A stretch of 64,000 nucleotides of DNA from Eledone cirrhosa (lineage: Eukaryota). The notes under the pieces are model-generated. The model was not told where the DNA came from and did not search any database. It was given only the letters and a program-made list of their open reading frames with translations. This document shows positions 1 to 12,600 of this stretch, piece after piece. A program made the translations under genes and the position numbers. The stretch lies in contig OZ024744.1 of the NCBI GenBank assembly GCA_964016885.1, positions 40,300,001 to 40,364,000 of the forward strand. Reading direction: 5' to 3'. Position 1 is the stretch's first letter, and each line of letters begins with the position of its first letter.

Positions 1-1542
1 TTTCCATCAACCCAGCTTTATTTACAAAGCCTAGCTTGACCCAAGGTAATGGTAGTTTCCATCAACCCAGCTTTATTTACAAAGCTTAGCTTGACTCAAG
101 GTAATGGTAGTTTCCATCAGCCTAGCTTTATTTACAAAGTCTAGCTTGTCTCAAGGTAATGGTAGTTTCCATCAACCCAGCTTCATTTACAAAGCCTAGC
201 TTGACTCAAGGTAATGGTAGTTTCCATCAACCCAGCTTTATTTACAAAGCCTAGCTTGACCCAAGGTAATGGTAGTTTCCATCAATCCAGCTTTATTTAC
301 AAAGCCTAGCTTGACCCAAGGTAATGGTAGTTTCCATCAACTGAGCTTTATTTAAAAAGCCTAGCGTGACTCAAGGTAATGATAGTTTCCATCAACAGAG
401 CTTTATTTACAAAGCCTAGCGTGACCCAAGATAATGGTAGTTTCCATCAACCCAGCTTTATTTGCAAAGCCCTGCTTGACTCAAGGTAATGGTAGTTTCC
501 ATCAACCCAGCTTTATTTACAAATCCTAGCTTGACTCAAGGTAATGGTAGTTTCCATCAACCCAGCTTTATTTACAAAGCCTAGCTTGTCTCAAGGTAAT
601 GGTAGTTTCCATCAACCCAGCTTTATTTACAAAGCCTAGGTTGACTCAAGGTAATGGTAGTTTCCATCAACCCAGCTTTATTTACAATGCCTAGCTTGAC
701 CCAAGGTAATAGTATTTTCCATCAACCAAGTTTTATTTACAAAGCCTAGCTTGACTCAAGGTAAGGGTAGGTTCCATCAACCCAGCTTTATTTACAAAGC
801 CTAGCTTGACTCAAAGTAATGGTAGTTTCCATCAACCCAGCTTTATTTACAATGCCTAGCTTGAATCAAGGTAATGGTAGTTTCCATCAACCCAGCTTTA
901 TTTACAAAGCCTAGCTTCACCGAAGGTAATGGTAGTTTCCATCAACCCAGCATTATTTACAAAGCCTAGCTTGACTCAAGCTAATCGTAGTTTCCATCAA
1001 CCCACCTTTATTTACAAAGCCTAGCTTGACTCAAGGTAATGGTAGTTTCCATCAACCCAGCTTTATTTACAAAGCCTAGCTTGACCCAAGGTAATGGTAG
1101 TTTCCATCGACCCAGCTTTATTTACAAAGCCTAGCTTGACCCCAGGTAATGGTAGTTTCCATCAACCCAGCTTTATTTACAAAGCCTAGCTTAATTCAAG
1201 GTAATGGTAGTTTCCATCAACCCAGCTTTATTTACAAAGCGCAGCTTGACTCAAGATAATGGTAGATTCCATCAACCCAGCTTTATTTATAAAAGCCTAG
1301 CTTAATTCAAGGTAATGGTAGTTTCCATCAACCCAGCTTTATTTACAAAGCGCAGCTTGACTCAAGATAATGGTAGATTCCATCAACCCAGCTTTATTTA
1401 TAAAAGCCTAGCTTGACTCAAGGTAATGGTAGTTTCCATCAACCCAGCTTTATTTACAAAGCCTAGCTTGACTCAAGGTAATGGTAGTTTCCATCAACCC
1501 AGCTTTATTTACAAAGCCTAGCTTGACTCAAGGTAATGGTAG

Positions 1543-4500
1543 TTTCCATCAACCCAGCTTTATTTACAAAGCCTAGCTTGACTCAAGGTAATGGTAGTTT
1601 CCATCAACCCAGCTTTATTTACAAAGCTTAGCTTGACTCAAGGTAATGGTAGTTTCCATCAGCCTAGCTTTATTTACAAAGTCTAGCTTGTCTCAAGGTA
1701 ATGGTAGTTTCCATCAACCCAGCTTCATTTACAAAGCCTAGCTTGACTCAAGGTAATGGTAGTTTCCATCAACCCAGCTTTATTTACAAAGCCTAGCTTG
1801 ACCCAAGGTAATGGTAGTTTCCATCAATCCAGCTTTATTTACAAAGCCTAGCTTGACCCAAGGTAATGGTAGTTTCCATCAACTGAGCTTTATTTAAAAA
1901 GCCTAGCGTGACTCAAGGTAATGATAGTTTCCATCAACAGAGCTTTATTTACAAAGCCTAGCGTGACCCAAGATAATGGTAGTTTCCATCAACCCAGCTT
2001 TATTTGCAAAGCCCTGCTTGACTCAAGGTAATGGTAGTTTCCATCAACCCAGCTTTATTTACAAATCCTAGCTTGACTCAAGGTAATGGTAGTTTCCATC
2101 AACCCAGCTTTATTTACAAAGCCTAGCTTGTCTCAAGGTAATGGTAGTTTCCATCAACCCAGCTTTATTTACAAAGCCTAGGTTGACTCAAGGTAATGGT
2201 AGTTTCCATCAACCCAGCTTTATTTACAATGCCTAGCTTGACCCAAGGTAATAGTAATTTCCATCAACCAAGTTTTATTTACAAAGCCTAGCTTGACTCA
2301 AGGTAAGGATAGGTTCCATCAACCCAGCTTTATTTACAAAGCCTAGCTTGACTCAAAGTAATGGTAGTTTCCATCAACCCAGCTTTATTTACAATGCCTA
2401 GCTTGAATCAAGGTAATGGTAGTTTCCATCAACCCAGCTTTATTTACAAAGCCTAGCTTCACCGAAGGTAATGGTAGTTTCCATCAACCCAGCATTATTT
2501 ACAAAGCCTAGCTTGACTCAAGGTAATGGTAGTTTCCATCAACCCACCTTTATTTACAAAGCCTAGCTTGACTCAAGGTAATGGTAGTTTCCATCAACCC
2601 AGCTTTATTTACAAAGCCTAGCTTGACCCAAGGTAATGGTAGTTTCCATCGACCCAGCTTTATTTACAAAGCCTAGCTTGACCCCAGGTAATGGTAGTTT
2701 CCATCAACCCAGCTTTATTTACAAAGCCTAGCTTGACTGAAGGTAATGGTAGTTTCCATCAACCCAGCTTTATTTACAATGTCTAGCTTGACTCAAGGTA
2801 ATGGTAGTTTCCATCAACCCAGCTTTATTTACAAAGCCTAGCTTGTCTCAAGGTAATGGTAGTTTCCATCAACCCAGCTTTATTTACAAAGCCTAGCTTG
2901 ACTCAAGGTAATGGTAGTTTCCATCAACCAAGTTTTATTTACAATGTCTAGCTTGACTCAAGGTAATGATAGTTTCCATCAACCCAGCTTTATTTACAAA
3001 GCCTAGCTTGACCCAAGGTAATGGTAGTTTCCATCAACCCAGCTTTATTTACAAAGCCTAGCTTGACCCAAGGTAATGGTAGTTTCCATCAACCCAGCTT
3101 TATTTACAAAGCCTAACTTGACCCAAGGTAATGGTAGTTTCCATCAACCCAGCTTTATTTACAAAGCCTAGCTTGACCCAAGGTAATGGTAGTTTCCATC
3201 AACCCAGCTTTATTTACAAAGCCTAGCTTGACCAAAGGTAATGGTAGTTTCCATCAACCCAGCTTTATTTACAAAGCCTAGCTTGACTCAAGGTAATGGT
3301 AGTTTCCATCAACCCAGCTTTATTTACAAAGCCTAGCTTGACTCAAGTTAATGGTAGTTTCCATCAAACCAGCTTTATTTACAAAGCCTTGCTTGACCCA
3401 AGGTAATGGTAGTTTCCATCAACCCAGCTTTATTTACAAAGCCTAACTTGACACAAGGTAATGGTAGTTTCCATCAACCCAGCTTTATTTACAAAGTCTA
3501 TCTTGACTCAATGTAATGGTAGTTTCCATCAACCTAGCTTTATTTACAAAGCCTAGCTTGACTCAAGGTAATGGTAGTTTCCATCAGCCCAGCTTTATTT
3601 ACAAAGTCTAGCTTGTCTCAAGGTAATGGTAGTTTCCATCAACCCAGCTTTATTTACAATGCCTAGCTTGACTCAAGATAATGGTAGTTTCCATCAACCC
3701 AGATTTATTTACAAAGCCTAGCTTGACTCAAGGTAATGGTAGTTTCCATCAACCCAGCTTTATTTACAAAGCCTAGCTTGACTCAAGGTAATGGTAGTTT
3801 CCATCAACCCAGCTTTATTTACAAAGCCTAGCTTGACTCAAGGTAATGGAAGTTTCCATCAACCCAGCTTTATTTACAAAGCCTAGCTTGACTCAAGGTA
3901 ATGGTAGTTTCCATCAACCCAGCTTTATTTACAAAGCCTAGCTTGACTCAAGGTAATGGTAGTTTCCATCAACCCAGCTTTATTTACAAAGCCTAGCTTG
4001 ACCAAAGGTAATGGTAGTTTCCATCAACCCAGCTTTATTGACAAAGCCTAGCTTGACTCATGTTAATGGTAGTTTCCATCAACCCAGCTTTATTTACAAA
4101 GCCTAGCTTGATCCAAGGTAATGGTAGTTTGCATCAACCCAGCTTTATTTACAAAGCCTAGCTTGACCCAAGGTAATGGTAGTTTCCATCAACCCAGCTT
4201 TATTTACAAAGCCTAGCTTGACTCAATATAATGGTAGTTTCCATCAACCGAGCTTTATTTACAAAGCCTAGCTTGACTCAAGGTAATGGTAGTTTCCATC
4301 AACCCATCTTTATTTACAAAGCCTAGCTTGACTCAAGGTAATGGTAGTTTCCATCAACCAAGTTTTATTTACAATGTCTAGCTTGACTCAAGGTAATGGT
4401 AGTTTCCATCAACCCAGCTTTATTTACAAAGCCTAGCTTGACCCAAAGTAATGGTAGTTTCCGTCAACCCAGCTTTATTTACAAAGCCTAGCTTGACCCA

Positions 4501-6547
4501 AGGTAATGGTAGTTTCCATCAACCCAGCTTTATTTACAAAGCCTAGCTTAATTCAAGGTAATGGTAGTTTCCATCAACCCAGCTTTATTTACAAAGTCTA
4601 TCTTGACTCAAGGTAATGGTAGTTTCCATCAACCTAGCTTTATTTACAAATCCTAGCTTGACTCAAGGTAATGGTAGTTTCCATCAGCCCAGCTTTATTT
4701 ACAAAGTCTAGCTTGTCTCAAAGTAATGGTAGTTTCCATCAACCCAGCTTTATTTACAAAGCCTAGCTTGACTCAAGGTAATGGTAGTTTCCATCAGCCC
4801 AGCTTTATTTACAAAGTCTATCTTGTCTCAAGGTAATGGTAGTTTCCATCAACCCAGCTTTATTTACAATGCCTAGCTTGACCCAAGGTAATAGTAGTTT
4901 CCATCAATCCAGCTTTATTTACAAAACCTAGCTTGACCCAAGGTAATGGTAGTTTCCATCAACTGAGCTTTATTTAAAAAGCCTAGCGTGACTCAAGGTA
5001 ATGATAGTTTCCATCAACCCAGCTTTATTTACAAAGCCTAGCTTGACCCAAGATAATGGCAGTTTCCATCAACCCAGCTTTATTTGCAAAGCCCTGCTTG
5101 ACGCAGGGAAATGGTAGTTTCCATCAACCCAGCTTTATTTACAAAGCCTAGCTTGACTCAAGGTAATGGTAGTTTCCATCAACCCAGCTTTATTTACAAA
5201 GTCTAGCTTGTCTCAAGGTAGTGGTAGTTTCCATCAACCCAGCTTTATTTACAAAGCCTAGCTTGACTCAAGGTAATGGTAGTTTCCATCAGCCCAGCTT
5301 TATTTACAAAGTCTAGCTTGTCTCAAGGTAATGGTAGTTTCCATCAACCCAGCTTTATTTACAATGCCTAGCTTGACCCAAGGTAATAGTAATTTCCATC
5401 AACCAAGTTTTATTTACAAAGCCTAGCTTGACTCAAGGTAAGGGTAGTTTCCATCAACCCAGCTTTATTTACAAAGCCTAGCTTGACTCAAGGTAATGGT
5501 AGTTTCCATCAACCCAGCTTTATTTACAATGCCTAGCTTGAATCAACGAAATGGTAGTTTCCATCAACCCAGCTTTATTTACAAAGTCTAGCTTGACTCA
5601 AGAAAATGGTAGTTTCCATCAACCCAGCTTTATTTACAAAGCCTAGCTTCACTGAATGTAATCGTAGTTTCCATCAACCCAGCATTATTTACAAAGCCTA
5701 GCTTGACTCAAGGTAAAGGTAGTTTCCATCAACCCAGCTTTATTTACACAGCCTAGCTTGACTCAAGGTAATGGAAGTTTCCATCAACCCAGTATTATTT
5801 ACAAAGCCTAGCTTGACTCAAGGTAATGGTAGTTTCCATCAACCCAGCTTTATTTACAAAGCCTAGCTTGACTCAAGGTAATGGTAGTTTCCATCAACCC
5901 AGCTTTATTTACAAAGCCTAGATTGACCAAAGGTAATGGTAGTTTCCATCAACCCAGCTTTATTTACAAAGCCTAGCTTGACTCAAGGTAATGGTAGTTT
6001 CCATCAACCCAGCTTTATTTACAAAGCCTAGCTTGACTCAAGTTAATGGTAGTTTCTATCAACCCAGCTTTATTTACAAAGCCTAGCTTGACCCAAGGTA
6101 ATGGTAGTTTGCATCAACCCAGCTTTATTTACAAAGCCTAGCTTGACCCAAAGTAATGGTAGTTTCCATCAACCCAGCTTTATTTACAAAGCCTAGCTTG
6201 ACTCAAGGTAATGGTAGTTTCCATCAACCCAGCTTTATTTACAAAGCCTAGCTTGTCTCAAGGTAATGGTAGTTTCCATCAACCCAGCTTTATTTACAAA
6301 GCCTAGCTTGACTCAAGGTAATGGTAGTTTCCATCAACCAAGTTTTATTTACAATGTCTAGCTTGACTCAAGGTAATGGTAGTTTCCATCAACCCAGCTT
6401 TATTTAAAAAGCCTAGCTTGACCCAAAGTAATGGTAGTTTCCATCAACCCAGCTTTATTTGCAAAGCCTAGCTTGACCCAAGGTAATGGTAGTTTCTATC
6501 AACCCAGCTTTATTTACAAAGCCTAGCTTGACTCAAGGTAATGGTAG
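1543..6547. repeat. 91-monomer (5005-bp) block, copy 1
   Basis: Rare markers recur at +5005 (AACTGAG 1881->6886; GCATC 4131->9136) and at +8140 (1881->10021; 4961->13101). Confidence 0.9.
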
Positions 6548-9500
6548 TTTCCATCAACCCAGCTTTATTTACAAAGCCTAGCTTGACTCAAGGTAATGGT
6601 AGTTTCCATCAACCCAGCTTTATTTACAAAGCTTAGCTTGACTCAAGGTAATGGTAGTTTCCATCAGCCTAGCTTTATTTACAAAGTCTAGCTTGTCTCA
6701 AGGTAATGGTAGTTTCCATCAACCCAGCTTCATTTACAAAGCCTAGCTTGACTCAAGGTAATGGTAGTTTCCATCAACCCAGCTTTATTTACAAAGCCTA
6801 GCTTGACCCAAGGTAATGGTAGTTTCCATCAATCCAGCTTTATTTACAAAGCCTAGCTTGACCCAAGGTAATGGTAGTTTCCATCAACTGAGCTTTATTT
6901 AAAAAGCCTAGCGTGACTCAAGGTAATGATAGTTTCCATCAACAGAGCTTTATTTACAAAGCCTAGCGTGACCCAAGATAATGGTAGTTTCCATCAACCC
7001 AGCTTTATTTGCAAAGCCCTGCTTGACTCAAGGTAATGGTAGTTTCCATCAACCCAGCTTTATTTACAAATCCTAGCTTGACTCAAGGTAATGGTAGTTT
7101 CCATCAACCCAGCTTTATTTACAAAGCCTAGCTTGTCTCAAGGTAATGGTAGTTTCCATCAACCCAGCTTTATTTACAAAGCCTAGGTTGACTCAAGGTA
7201 ATGGTAGTTTCCATCAACCCAGCTTTATTTACAATGCCTAGCTTGACCCAAGGTAATAGTAATTTCCATCAACCAAGTTTTATTTACAAAGCCTAGCTTG
7301 ACTCAAGGTAAGGATAGGTTCCATCAACCCAGCTTTATTTACAAAGCCTAGCTTGACTCAAAGTAATGGTAGTTTCCATCAACCCAGCTTTATTTACAAT
7401 GCCTAGCTTGAATCAAGGTAATGGTAGTTTCCATCAACCCAGCTTTATTTACAAAGCCTAGCTTCACCGAAGGTAATGGTAGTTTCCATCAACCCAGCAT
7501 TATTTACAAAGCCTAGCTTGACTCAAGGTAATGGTAGTTTCCATCAACCCACCTTTATTTACAAAGCCTAGCTTGACTCAAGGTAATGGTAGTTTCCATC
7601 AACCCAGCTTTATTTACAAAGCCTAGCTTGACCCAAGGTAATGGTAGTTTCCATCGACCCAGCTTTATTTACAAAGCCTAGCTTGACCCCAGGTAATGGT
7701 AGTTTCCATCAACCCAGCTTTATTTACAAAGCCTAGCTTGACTGAAGGTAATGGTAGTTTCCATCAACCCAGCTTTATTTACAATGTCTAGCTTGACTCA
7801 AGGTAATGGTAGTTTCCATCAACCCAGCTTTATTTACAAAGCCTAGCTTGTCTCAAGGTAATGGTAGTTTCCATCAACCCAGCTTTATTTACAAAGCCTA
7901 GCTTGACTCAAGGTAATGGTAGTTTCCATCAACCAAGTTTTATTTACAATGTCTAGCTTGACTCAAGGTAATGATAGTTTCCATCAACCCAGCTTTATTT
8001 ACAAAGCCTAGCTTGACCCAAGGTAATGGTAGTTTCCATCAACCCAGCTTTATTTACAAAGCCTAGCTTGACCCAAGGTAATGGTAGTTTCCATCAACCC
8101 AGCTTTATTTACAAAGCCTAACTTGACCCAAGGTAATGGTAGTTTCCATCAACCCAGCTTTATTTACAAAGCCTAGCTTGACCCAAGGTAATGGTAGTTT
8201 CCATCAACCCAGCTTTATTTACAAAGCCTAGCTTGACCAAAGGTAATGGTAGTTTCCATCAACCCAGCTTTATTTACAAAGCCTAGCTTGACTCAAGGTA
8301 ATGGTAGTTTCCATCAACCCAGCTTTATTTACAAAGCCTAGCTTGACTCAAGTTAATGGTAGTTTCCATCAAACCAGCTTTATTTACAAAGCCTTGCTTG
8401 ACCCAAGGTAATGGTAGTTTCCATCAACCCAGCTTTATTTACAAAGCCTAACTTGACACAAGGTAATGGTAGTTTCCATCAACCCAGCTTTATTTACAAA
8501 GTCTATCTTGACTCAATGTAATGGTAGTTTCCATCAACCTAGCTTTATTTACAAAGCCTAGCTTGACTCAAGGTAATGGTAGTTTCCATCAGCCCAGCTT
8601 TATTTACAAAGTCTAGCTTGTCTCAAGGTAATGGTAGTTTCCATCAACCCAGCTTTATTTACAATGCCTAGCTTGACTCAAGATAATGGTAGTTTCCATC
8701 AACCCAGATTTATTTACAAAGCCTAGCTTGACTCAAGGTAATGGTAGTTTCCATCAACCCAGCTTTATTTACAAAGCCTAGCTTGACTCAAGGTAATGGT
8801 AGTTTCCATCAACCCAGCTTTATTTACAAAGCCTAGCTTGACTCAAGGTAATGGAAGTTTCCATCAACCCAGCTTTATTTACAAAGCCTAGCTTGACTCA
8901 AGGTAATGGTAGTTTCCATCAACCCAGCTTTATTTACAAAGCCTAGCTTGACTCAAGGTAATGGTAGTTTCCATCAACCCAGCTTTATTTACAAAGCCTA
9001 GCTTGACCAAAGGTAATGGTAGTTTCCATCAACCCAGCTTTATTGACAAAGCCTAGCTTGACTCATGTTAATGGTAGTTTCCATCAACCCAGCTTTATTT
9101 ACAAAGCCTAGCTTGATCCAAGGTAATGGTAGTTTGCATCAACCCAGCTTTATTTACAAAGCCTAGCTTGACTCAAGTTAATGGTAGTTTCTATCAACCC
9201 AGCTTTATTTACAAAGCCTAGCTTGACCCAAGGTAATGGTAGTTTGCATCAACCCAGCTTTATTTACAAAGCCTAGCTTGACCCAAAGTAATGGTAGTTT
9301 CCATCAACCCAGCTTTATTTACAAAGCCTAGCTTGACTCAAGGTAATGGTAGTTTCCATCAACCCAGCTTTATTTACAAAGCCTAGCTTGTCTCAAGGTA
9401 ATGGTAGTTTCCATCAACCCAGCTTTATTTACAAAGCCTAGCTTGACTCAAGGTAATGGTAGTTTCCATCAACCAAGTTTTATTTACAATGTCTAGCTTG

Positions 9501-9682
9501 ACTCAAGGTAATGGTAGTTTCCATCAACCCAGCTTTATTTAAAAAGCCTAGCTTGACCCAAAGTAATGGTAGTTTCCATCAACCCAGCTTTATTTGCAAA
9601 GCCTAGCTTGACCCAAGGTAATGGTAGTTTCTATCAACCCAGCTTTATTTACAAAGCCTAGCTTGACTCAAGGTAATGGTAG
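6548..9682. repeat. Copy 2 of the 91-monomer block, internally shorter by 34 monomers (57 monomers, 3135 bp)
   Basis: The offset to copy 1 switches from 5005 (4131->9136) to 3135 (AGTTAATGGTAGTTTCTATC 6041->9176), so 1870 bp equivalent to about 4165-6035 is missing. Confidence 0.88.
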
Positions 9683-12600
9683 TTTCCATCAACCCAGCTT
9701 TATTTACAAAGCCTAGCTTGACTCAAGGTAATGGTAGTTTCCATCAACCCAGCTTTATTTACAAAGCTTAGCTTGACTCAAGGTAATGGTAGTTTCCATC
9801 AGCCTAGCTTTATTTACAAAGTCTAGCTTGTCTCAAGGTAATGGTAGTTTCCATCAACCCAGCTTCATTTACAAAGCCTAGCTTGACTCAAGGTAATGGT
9901 AGTTTCCATCAACCCAGCTTTATTTACAAAGCCTAGCTTGACCCAAGGTAATGGTAGTTTCCATCAATCCAGCTTTATTTACAAAGCCTAGCTTGACCCA
10001 AGGTAATGGTAGTTTCCATCAACTGAGCTTTATTTAAAAAGCCTAGCGTGACTCAAGGTAATGATAGTTTCCATCAACAGAGCTTTATTTACAAAGCCTA
10101 GCGTGACCCAAGATAATGGTAGTTTCCATCAACCCAGCTTTATTTGCAAAGCCCTGCTTGACTCAAGGTAATGGTAGTTTCCATCAACCCAGCTTTATTT
10201 ACAAATCCTAGCTTGACTCAAGGTAATGGTAGTTTCCATCAACCCAGCTTTATTTACAAAGCCTAGCTTGTCTCAAGGTAATGGTAGTTTCCATCAACCC
10301 AGCTTTATTTACAAAGCCTAGGTTGACTCAAGGTAATGGTAGTTTCCATCAACCCAGCTTTATTTACAATGCCTAGCTTGACCCAAGGTAATAGTAATTT
10401 CCATCAACCAAGTTTTATTTACAAAGCCTAGCTTGACTCAAGGTAAGGATAGGTTCCATCAACCCAGCTTTATTTACAAAGCCTAGCTTGACTCAAAGTA
10501 ATGGTAGTTTCCATCAACCCAGCTTTATTTACAATGCCTAGCTTGAATCAAGGTAATGGTAGTTTCCATCAACCCAGCTTTATTTACAAAGCCTAGCTTC
10601 ACCGAAGGTAATGGTAGTTTCCATCAACCCAGCATTATTTACAAAGCCTAGCTTGACTCAAGGTAATGGTAGTTTCCATCAACCCACCTTTATTTACAAA
10701 GCCTAGCTTGACTCAAGGTAATGGTAGTTTCCATCAACCCAGCTTTATTTACAAAGCCTAGCTTGACCCAAGGTAATGGTAGTTTCCATCGACCCAGCTT
10801 TATTTACAAAGCCTAGCTTGACCCCAGGTAATGGTAGTTTCCATCAACCCAGCTTTATTTACAAAGCCTAGCTTGACTGAAGGTAATGGTAGTTTCCATC
10901 AACCCAGCTTTATTTACAATGTCTAGCTTGACTCAAGGTAATGGTAGTTTCCATCAACCCAGCTTTATTTACAAAGCCTAGCTTGTCTCAAGGTAATGGT
11001 AGTTTCCATCAACCCAGCTTTATTTACAAAGCCTAGCTTGACTCAAGGTAATGGTAGTTTCCATCAACCAAGTTTTATTTACAATGTCTAGCTTGACTCA
11101 AGGTAATGATAGTTTCCATCAACCCAGCTTTATTTACAAAGCCTAGCTTGACCCAAGGTAATGGTAGTTTCCATCAACCCAGCTTTATTTACAAAGCCTA
11201 GCTTGACCCAAGGTAATGGTAGTTTCCATCAACCCAGCTTTATTTACAAAGCCTAACTTGACCCAAGGTAATGGTAGTTTCCATCAACCCAGCTTTATTT
11301 ACAAAGCCTAGCTTGACCCAAGGTAATGGTAGTTTCCATCAACCCAGCTTTATTTACAAAGCCTAGCTTGACCAAAGGTAATGGTAGTTTCCATCAACCC
11401 AGCTTTATTTACAAAGCCTAGCTTGACTCAAGGTAATGGTAGTTTCCATCAACCCAGCTTTATTTACAAAGCCTAGCTTGACTCAAGTTAATGGTAGTTT
11501 CCATCAAACCAGCTTTATTTACAAAGCCTTGCTTGACCCAAGGTAATGGTAGTTTCCATCAACCCAGCTTTATTTACAAAGCCTAACTTGACACAAGGTA
11601 ATGGTAGTTTCCATCAACCCAGCTTTATTTACAAAGTCTATCTTGACTCAATGTAATGGTAGTTTCCATCAACCTAGCTTTATTTACAAAGCCTAGCTTG
11701 ACTCAAGGTAATGGTAGTTTCCATCAGCCCAGCTTTATTTACAAAGTCTAGCTTGTCTCAAGGTAATGGTAGTTTCCATCAACCCAGCTTTATTTACAAT
11801 GCCTAGCTTGACTCAAGATAATGGTAGTTTCCATCAACCCAGATTTATTTACAAAGCCTAGCTTGACTCAAGGTAATGGTAGTTTCCATCAACCCAGCTT
11901 TATTTACAAAGCCTAGCTTGACTCAAGGTAATGGTAGTTTCCATCAACCCAGCTTTATTTACAAAGCCTAGCTTGACTCAAGGTAATGGAAGTTTCCATC
12001 AACCCAGCTTTATTTACAAAGCCTAGCTTGACTCAAGGTAATGGTAGTTTCCATCAACCCAGCTTTATTTACAAAGCCTAGCTTGACTCAAGGTAATGGT
12101 AGTTTCCATCAACCCAGCTTTATTTACAAAGCCTAGCTTGACCAAAGGTAATGGTAGTTTCCATCAACCCAGCTTTATTGACAAAGCCTAGCTTGACTCA
12201 TGTTAATGGTAGTTTCCATCAACCCAGCTTTATTTACAAAGCCTAGCTTGATCCAAGGTAATGGTAGTTTGCATCAACCCAGCTTTATTTACAAAGCCTA
12301 GCTTGACCCAAGGTAATGGTAGTTTCCATCAACCCAGCTTTATTTACAAAGCCTAGCTTGACTCAATATAATGGTAGTTTCCATCAACCGAGCTTTATTT
12401 ACAAAGCCTAGCTTGACTCAAGGTAATGGTAGTTTCCATCAACCCATCTTTATTTACAAAGCCTAGCTTGACTCAAGGTAATGGTAGTTTCCATCAACCA
12501 AGTTTTATTTACAATGTCTAGCTTGACTCAAGGTAATGGTAGTTTCCATCAACCCAGCTTTATTTACAAAGCCTAGCTTGACCCAAAGTAATGGTAGTTT

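Noticed and set aside
1-110. Satellite-encoded hammerhead ribozyme
   Set aside because: The minus strand has TTGATGGAAA but lacks the CUGANGA core correctly arranged with GAAA and three stems.
92-116. NFAT:AP-1 composite site (TGGAAA plus TGAGTCA on the minus strand)
   Set aside because: The two motifs are 12 nt apart, much wider than in canonical composite elements.
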